From NCBI GenBank assembly GCA_963718525.1, contig OY970355.1, positions 3,072,001 through 3,136,000 on the forward strand: a stretch of DNA of 64,000 bases, in the 5' to 3' direction. Every line of letters begins with the position of its first letter. The first letter of the stretch is position 1. Position numbers and translations under genes: made by a program. This document shows positions 57,874 through 64,000 of the stretch, one piece after another. This stretch comes from Candidatus Dormiibacterota bacterium. GTDB lineage: Bacteria > Chloroflexota > Dormibacteria > Aeolococcales > Aeolococcaceae. Under the pieces are notes generated by a model. The model saw only the letters and a program-made list of their open reading frames with translations. It searched no databases and was not told where the DNA came from.

Positions 57874-57892
57874 CTATCAGTAAAGCTGACAT
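57874..57892. promoter_or_regulatory. Palindrome variant CTATCA-N7-TGACAT
   Basis: In the divergent AI-2E/kinase intergenic region. Confidence 0.55.
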
Positions 57893-58010
57893 TGTCAGTG
57901 TAGATTGTTGCGCTCAACTGCGTACGTGGGAGCAGGTCTACATTCAGCAATGTGTATCTTGGTGATATAGTCGATATCATCAAAATGGCCGGTCATTCAC
58001 TCGCGTAGCT

Positions 58011-60422
58011 GTGCCCGAAGGGATCCAGAAGGATTCGTCCTCCAGGGCCGTCCAATCTCCATACCGGCCGGCTACGATCGAAGCGGAGCCCAGCGACCCG
58101 CAGGACGGCAGCCGCGTCAATGAGGCCCTCGGTCGCCTTGTCGCGCGACTTCTGGATGACCTTCCCCCTGATCCACGCGAAACCGTGCCACTTCGGGATC
58201 TGCTCCGGACCATGGCCGTCGAGGGCACCCGCGTCGTGCCGCACACCGAGTGCGTCATCTCGGTGGTTCCGGCCTGGCGACCGGACGTCTTTCAGGTCGT
58301 CGCCGCCTCCGGCCCGTGGGCAGAACGCCTCGTCGGCGAGGAGTGGCCGCTGCATGACGGGATGCTGCACGGGCGCGCCATACTGAATCGCGTTCCCGTC
58401 GAGACCACCGACGCACCCAACGAGAGTGCTGCTCCCGAGGTCTTCGGCTCGCATATCCGCATCGGACGGCTGGTGCCGATGACGGCCGGTCTCCCACTCC
58501 CTGACGGACGCGTCGGCATGGGTGTCGTGGGTTTCTGGCGCCCCGAGACCAGGCCGTTCACCGATACCGAGCGAGCAATCATGGATCGCTTCACAGGGCT
58601 CATCAGCATCATGGTGCTTGGTGACGAGGCGAGTGAGTCCACACGGCACCTGGTCGATCGGCTGCGACTGACCAGGGAGGCGACACGCGAACTTTCGTCC
58701 TCGCTGGATCCGTCGCGGGTCGTGCAGGCGATCGTCGAACGCATCGCCGAGCTGGTTGACGTCGATCGCATCACGGTGACCAAGTTCTGGCCGGACTCGG
58801 TCGAGGCGATCGCAGGCTACGACAGGAGTTGCGTGCCCGCGCGCATCGGCGCCAGGTGGAGTTCGACGCCGGAACTTCGCGCCGAGATCGACAGCGGCGA
58901 GGCGGCGCTCGAAAGCCTTGCCGATGTCGCGGGGATGCCATCCGACATGCGCGAACAGCTCTCGGATGTGCGAAGGCGCGTGATCCTGCCGCTCAGAGCC
59001 GGTGGCCGCGTTCTCGGCATCCTCGCAGTGAGTTGCCGGACCGACAAGCCCTTTGCGCAGCTCGATTTGGAGAATCTCGAGCAGATCTCGCTCTCAGCGG
59101 CTCTCGCACTCCAGAATGCCAGCCTGTTCGCCGAGACAAAGGAAGCGCAGGAGAAAGCACTGCATGCGCTGTTGAGCGTGTCCGACCATCTCGACGCCAC
59201 CTCGAGCGACGTCGACCTCTATGCGCGCTTCGCCGCAACCGTGGCGGAGCTGGTCGGCGCTCGGCGCGTGAGCCTCTGGAGACTCAGCACGGATGGCACG
59301 CGATTGCGGCCCGCGGCGGGAGCGCACGGTGTATCCAAGAGGGAGTTCGAACGGCTGCGATCGGTCCCGTGTGACCCGCACGGGGCATCCGAACGTGATC
59401 GCGTCGTCTTCGGTGACGCGGTGTTCCGAGGGCGCGCCGCGGACCTCGGACTGGGTGCACCAACCGGCGAACAGGAGCATCCGCGGGCCGAAGCGATGGC
59501 AGTTGCGTGGCGCGCCGGCTCGTTGCGCCTCGGCGTGCTCGCCGCTCATGAGCCGATCAAGCTCTCGGGATTCAGCGACGAGGACGCATGGACGCTGCAG
59601 CTCGCCGCGTTCGCCGCGGGTCTCGTCTGGCAGATCAAGGCGTCAGAGGAGCGCATCCGGGCTCTCGGCGATGCGGAGGCACGCCGCCTGAACGAACACA
59701 TCGAGCGCACGCGGTCAATGGAAAAGATGCGTTCCGACTTCCTCAAACTCGCATCGCACGAGCTGCGCGGGCCGATTGCGGTGGTGCGCGGCTATTTCTC
59801 GATGATGGCCGACAAGTCGCTCGATGCAGAAGCGCTCGAGCGTGCCATGCCCGTCATCGAGCGCAAGCTCGACGATATGAACGCGCTGGTCAATGAGATG
59901 CTCGAAACAGCACGGCTCGACGATGGCATCACGAGGCTCGAGCGCCAACCGCAGAGCCTGCGCACCCTCGTGGCGGCCTCGACGGCCACTCTGCAATCAC
60001 AGCTGTCCTCACGACATCACCTCGACGTTCGTCTGCCAGGCAGCGCGGTGCTGGTCGATGTCGACGCGGGAAGGATCGAGACAATCATGAGAAACCTTCT
60101 CGACAACGCGATCAAGTTCTCACCCGAGGGAGGCGTGATCAGCTGCCACGTGACCGCGAGTGATGATGTTGCGCGAATCACGGTCATCGATCACGGCCTC
60201 GGCATCCCGCCTGAGCAGATGCACCGTCTGTTCACGCGCTTCAGCCGGCTGGTGACCCCGCAGAACAGTCACATCTCGGGCACCGGCCTGGGGCTCTACC
60301 TTTCGCGTGAACTCGCCCGCCTCCACGGCGGCGACATCACTGCGCACTCGACTCCAGGAGGCGGCGCGTCGTTTGTGCTGACGCTGCCGACGTGGCACGC
60401 GGAGCGCGCAACTTCCGGGTAA
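58011..60422 (+). CDS. Triple-GAF sensor histidine kinase
   Basis: ASHELRGP, NAIKFS, GTGLGLYLSRE; no TM segment. Confidence 0.93.
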   Translation: MPEGIQKDSSSRAVQSPYRPATIEAEPSDPQDGSRVNEALGRLVARLLDDLPPDPRETVPLRDLLRTMAVEGTRVVPHTECVISVVPAWRPDVFQVVAASGPWAERLVGEEWPLHDGMLHGRAILNRVPVETTDAPNESAAPEVFGSHIRIGRLVPMTAGLPLPDGRVGMGVVGFWRPETRPFTDTERAIMDRFTGLISIMVLGDEASESTRHLVDRLRLTREATRELSSSLDPSRVVQAIVERIAELVDVDRITVTKFWPDSVEAIAGYDRSCVPARIGARWSSTPELRAEIDSGEAALESLADVAGMPSDMREQLSDVRRRVILPLRAGGRVLGILAVSCRTDKPFAQLDLENLEQISLSAALALQNASLFAETKEAQEKALHALLSVSDHLDATSSDVDLYARFAATVAELVGARRVSLWRLSTDGTRLRPAAGAHGVSKREFERLRSVPCDPHGASERDRVVFGDAVFRGRAADLGLGAPTGEQEHPRAEAMAVAWRAGSLRLGVLAAHEPIKLSGFSDEDAWTLQLAAFAAGLVWQIKASEERIRALGDAEARRLNEHIERTRSMEKMRSDFLKLASHELRGPIAVVRGYFSMMADKSLDAEALERAMPVIERKLDDMNALVNEMLETARLDDGITRLERQPQSLRTLVAASTATLQSQLSSRHHLDVRLPGSAVLVDVDAGRIETIMRNLLDNAIKFSPEGGVISCHVTASDDVARITVIDHGLGIPPEQMHRLFTRFSRLVTPQNSHISGTGLGLYLSRELARLHGGDITAHSTPGGGASFVLTLPTWHAERATSG

Positions 60423-62172
60423 TCCCACCGGATCTCCGCGCCCGATCTGATGCAGCGCTCCAGATCGCGACGGATTCGGCGCCCAGTGCCGGTGTACCCT
60501 CGCCACGGACTGAGTCGTCAGATGCGAGCAACAGCGTCGCGCCCGTCGCTTCCGGCAGCTTGACACGCTCGCTTCCCAGATTGCAGCACACCAGCAGATC
60601 GCTCTGAGAGTACAGCAGCAGGTTGCGGGCGCTGTCGTACCGAGCGGTCGTCGGCGCAACATCGCCACCTTCGGCGGCCCGCCGATCGCGACGGAGCTCG
60701 ATGAGCCGTCGATACCACTCCAGCATGTGCGCGTGCGGATCCTCGCTGACCTCGTCCCACCTGAGGATCGACCGCCGGAAGGTCGCCGCTGCCTGAGGGT
60801 CGGGCACCGCGTCGGCCGGCCAGCCGAACGCCTTGAATTCGCGACGCCGTCCGTTCGTCACCGCTTTGCGCAGGTGCCCATCACCAAGGTCCGTGAAGTA
60901 TTGAAACGGCGTGCTCGCCGCCCATTCCTCCCCCTGGAACAGCATGGGAATCATGGGCGAGAGCAGCGTCAGGGCAGCGGCCATGCGCGCCCGCCCGTCA
61001 CTCACCAGATGACAGAGTCGCTCGCCGGCAGCGCGATTGCCGACCTGATCGTGGTTCTGCGAGTACACGATGAAACGAGAACGCGGCAGATCACCGGCAT
61101 ACCTGCCGACGGTGCGTTTCCGGTGACGCGAATACTGACCGGCGTAGACGAACGGCTGCAGCAACGCGGTGCGCAGGTCGTCGGGACTGCCGAAATCCTC
61201 GTAGTAGCCGTGCTGCTCCCCGGTGAGCAGCGCATGGAGCGCGTGGTGAAAGTCGTCGCCCCACTGCGCGTGAATGCCGAAGCCGCCATGATCACGATCG
61301 CGCACGAGCCGCGGGTCGTTGCTGTCGCTCTCGGCGATCGTCCAGAGTTCCCGGCCGAGCTCGTCCGCCAGCTCATCGACGCGGGTTGCGATGGCTTCGA
61401 GGATGTGCGTCGGTGAGGTATCGATGATCGCGTGCACCGCGTCGAGACGCAGACCGTCGAACGCGTACTCGCGCAGCCACATCTCGACGTTGTCGAGCAC
61501 GAACCTTCGCACCTCATCGGAGTGCTCTCCGTCGTAGTTGAACGCGCTCCCCCACGGAGTCTCGTACCGGGTCGTGAAATACGGCCCGAACGCGCTCAGG
61601 TAATCGCCTTCCGGACCAACATGGTTGTAGACGACATCGAGGATCACCGCGACGCCGCGCTCGTGCGCGGCATCGATGAGGCGATGGAGACCATCGGGTC
61701 CGCCGTAGCCGCTGTGGGGAGCGAAGAGATCCACGCCGTCGTAGCCCCAACCCCGGCGACCTGGAAATTCTGCGACGGGCATCAGCTCGATCGCGTTGAC
61801 CCCGAGGCCGACCAGGTGGTCGAGCTTCGTGATCGCGCTGTCGAACGTCCCTTCCGGTGTGAACGTGCCGACATGCAGCTCGTAGATGATCGCATCGCGC
61901 AGCGGGAATCCGCGCCAGTCCTCACGATCGCGGTTACGCGGCGGGTCGACAAACCGCGAAGGTCCGTGAACCCCGGACGGTTGCCATTTCGAACGTGGGT
62001 CGGGCAACGGGTCACCACGGTCAACGCTGAACGCATAGTCGTCGCCGGCTTCGAGGTCGGCATTGCCCGCGAACCAGCCCAGACCGGTTTCCTCCAAGGG
62101 GTGCATGCTCTCGCCCGCGACGAGGTCGACGGTCCGCGCACCCTGCGCCCAGACGCTGATCCTGCGAGTCAC
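60337..62172 (-). CDS. treZ: Malto-oligosyltrehalose trehalohydrolase
   Basis: YELHVGTF, WGYDG, DVVYNH, RLDAVH, QNHDQVGNR, LFQGEEW. Confidence 0.96.
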   Translation of the reverse strand: MTRRISVWAQGARTVDLVAGESMHPLEETGLGWFAGNADLEAGDDYAFSVDRGDPLPDPRSKWQPSGVHGPSRFVDPPRNRDREDWRGFPLRDAIIYELHVGTFTPEGTFDSAITKLDHLVGLGVNAIELMPVAEFPGRRGWGYDGVDLFAPHSGYGGPDGLHRLIDAAHERGVAVILDVVYNHVGPEGDYLSAFGPYFTTRYETPWGSAFNYDGEHSDEVRRFVLDNVEMWLREYAFDGLRLDAVHAIIDTSPTHILEAIATRVDELADELGRELWTIAESDSNDPRLVRDRDHGGFGIHAQWGDDFHHALHALLTGEQHGYYEDFGSPDDLRTALLQPFVYAGQYSRHRKRTVGRYAGDLPRSRFIVYSQNHDQVGNRAAGERLCHLVSDGRARMAAALTLLSPMIPMLFQGEEWAASTPFQYFTDLGDGHLRKAVTNGRRREFKAFGWPADAVPDPQAAATFRRSILRWDEVSEDPHAHMLEWYRRLIELRRDRRAAEGGDVAPTTARYDSARNLLLYSQSDLLVCCNLGSERVKLPEATGATLLLASDDSVRGEGTPALGAESVAIWSAASDRARRSGGITRKLRAPRATSAASAQTTRRLLESSAQ

Positions 62173-64000
62173 CCGCAGCGCTCCAGGAGAGAGATCGGAG
62201 CAGCATCGAGGAGCGCATGGAGACGATGCTCACCGCCTGCGACGGCACGCCGGGTCAGGAGATCCCGCCAATCGCCGGCGGGTAGATCCATCGTCGTGTC
62301 GCGCCAATCGCCACGCAGCAGCAGGGGCCATCGAATGGCAACTGTGAGCATTACCGACTGCCCGTCCGGTGCCGTCCGGGCGAAGGCGATCACGTGATCC
62401 GCTCTCGAGCCCGTCACGCGTAGCGGTGCATATCCCGACGCCTCGCCGAAGCCCTCGGGATGTCGGGCACGTGCCGCAAGCGCGGTGGCCACGAGGCGCA
62501 ATTTGGGTGCGCCCTCGTCAAGCCGAGCCATGAAGTCCCCGTGCGCCGGGTCCATCACCTCGCGCAGCAGCCGCCGGCGAACATCGTAGTCGACCGGGGT
62601 GCGGTTGTCCGGATCGACAAGGCGCAGATCCCAGAGCTCGGAACCCTGGTAGAGGTCGGGAACGCCGGGTGCGGTGAGCTTGACGAGCGTCTGCGAGAGC
62701 GACAGCGTCTGCCACGCCGGACTCATTGCATCGATCACCGCGGCGATCTCGGCCTGAACGTCTGCATCGGAGATCATCGCGCGCACGTAGCGTTCGAGAT
62801 TTTCCTCGTACGCGTGGTCCGGATCGATCCAGTTGGTCTCGCGCTTCGCCTCGCGCGCGGCTTTGCGCATGTACGCCCAGGCGCGGTCCGCATCGATGGG
62901 ATGTGCAGCCACCAGCGTCTGATAGAACAGGTACTCGGTTTGTCGTGACGGCGGCGGCGTTCCTCGATGCCGCGCGGCAAGCTCGTCGAGGCGACCCACG
63001 CATTCACGCCAACGCACTGGCATTTCGGCCAGGAGCGCTCCGCGCAAGCGCGCATCCTCAGCGCGCTTGGTGTCGTGCGTGGTCGTGGCGAGCAGCGTCG
63101 ACGGCTGCTCGTTCGCGACCGTGGCACACGTCGCGTGGAACTCGTCAAGACCGATCGTACGATCCGGATCCGAGCCGACCTCGTTGAGGGCGGCCAGCCG
63201 GACGTAGCGGTAGAACGCCGTGTCCTCGACCCCCTTGGCCATCACGGCTCCCGCAAGCTGCTGAAATCGCGCCTGGAGATCGGCGCCCGCGTGGTACGGA
63301 TCGTTATTGGCTCGCAGCACACTGACGATCGCGTCGAGACGCGCCGCGTCGCAGCGACCGGAGTGCAGCGCAGCGTTTTCGGCGGCACTGAGCGCGCGCT
63401 CGTCATCGGGCGACAGCGCTTGCTCGGCTCGTGGATAGATTCGGTACCGCGGCATCGAGGCGACGAGCTCGATCAATTCCGTTCGCGCTCCCGGGATGCC
63501 CGCATCCGCGGCCACGCGCGCGAGCCGATCGAGCTCGGGGTTCAGCAGCCTCTCGAGCACCTCCCGGCGGGCCTGATGCGAATGTTCCTGGAATCCGCTG
63601 ATGTCGCCGGTGAACTGACGGTAGAGATCCGAGAGTTCCGCGAGGCCCTGGGGATGCACGAACAATGCGGTCATCATGGCGCCGAACTCGTACCCCGTTG
63701 TCCCCTCGATGGGCCATTCGGCCGGCAGCCGCTCGCCGGTCGCCAGGATCTTCTCGGCGACGAGCCATGCACCCGGCGCAGCAGCGCGGAGTCTCGATGC
63801 GAATGCCGACGGATCGCGGAGCCCGTCGATGTGGTCGATGCGCAGCCCGTCGACCGTGCCGTCGGCCACCAACCCGAGCGAGCGCGAAAGCACATCGTCG
63901 AACACGATGTCCGACTCGACACGCACGCCCGCGAGCGATGACACGTCGAAGAACCTGCGGTAGTTGAGACGAGCCGCGCCCGTTTTGAAATGCTCGAGCA
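62169..64000 (-). CDS. treY: Malto-oligosyltrehalose synthase, 5'-truncated by the window edge
   Basis: NYRRFFDV, LRIDHIDG, EKIL, AKGVEDT, THDTKR, LVDPDNR. Confidence 0.96.
   Translation of the reverse strand, partial: LEHFKTGAARLNYRRFFDVSSLAGVRVESDIVFDDVLSRSLGLVADGTVDGLRIDHIDGLRDPSAFASRLRAAAPGAWLVAEKILATGERLPAEWPIEGTTGYEFGAMMTALFVHPQGLAELSDLYRQFTGDISGFQEHSHQARREVLERLLNPELDRLARVAADAGIPGARTELIELVASMPRYRIYPRAEQALSPDDERALSAAENAALHSGRCDAARLDAIVSVLRANNDPYHAGADLQARFQQLAGAVMAKGVEDTAFYRYVRLAALNEVGSDPDRTIGLDEFHATCATVANEQPSTLLATTTHDTKRAEDARLRGALLAEMPVRWRECVGRLDELAARHRGTPPPSRQTEYLFYQTLVAAHPIDADRAWAYMRKAAREAKRETNWIDPDHAYEENLERYVRAMISDADVQAEIAAVIDAMSPAWQTLSLSQTLVKLTAPGVPDLYQGSELWDLRLVDPDNRTPVDYDVRRRLLREVMDPAHGDFMARLDEGAPKLRLVATALAARARHPEGFGEASGYAPLRVTGSRADHVIAFARTAPDGQSVMLTVAIRWPLLLRGDWRDTTMDLPAGDWRDLLTRRAVAGGEHRLHALLDAAPISLLERCG

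Noticed and set aside
60337-60422. 86-nt convergent overlap of treZ and the kinase
   Set aside because: Most likely a non-conserved C-terminal extension; no evidence of function
1-64000. CRISPR arrays, IS elements, integrases, reverse transcriptases, defence genes
   Set aside because: No repeat-spacer periodicity or diagnostic protein motifs were seen

Overview
High-GC bacterial chromosomal window. The ribosomal proteins, the frequent leaderless genes and the gene content suggest a soil Terrabacteria lineage such as Ca. Dormibacterota or Chloroflexi relatives; this is inference only. 1-4.6 kb: two convergent CpaE/MinD-type ATPases, one sitting directly behind rpmG-tRNA-Trp-secE-nusG-rplK-rplA where rplJ/rplL usually lie. 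4.7-30 kb: housekeeping enzymes mixed with five c-di-GMP genes, a Crp regulator and a hybrid kinase. 30-46 kb: lipid and amine metabolism, a TetR-controlled ABC exporter, a PrimPol, a transketolase and peptidases. 46.4-60.4 kb, the best candidate for an undescribed system: a signalling island made of duplicated parts. It has two HspR/GlnR-like MerR regulators, each next to a small CxxC..CxxC protein, three stand-alone receivers, three GAF histidine kinases, a Cys-domain-STAS/MEDS anti-sigma pair, a recurring CTATCA-N7-TGATAG palindrome at promoters, and two apparently homologous unannotated small RNAs with matching promoters and C-rich anti-SD-like seeds. The window ends in treZ-treY. Three genes carry apparent frameshifts that could be assembly errors. 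No CRISPR array, integrase, transposase or phage genes were seen.
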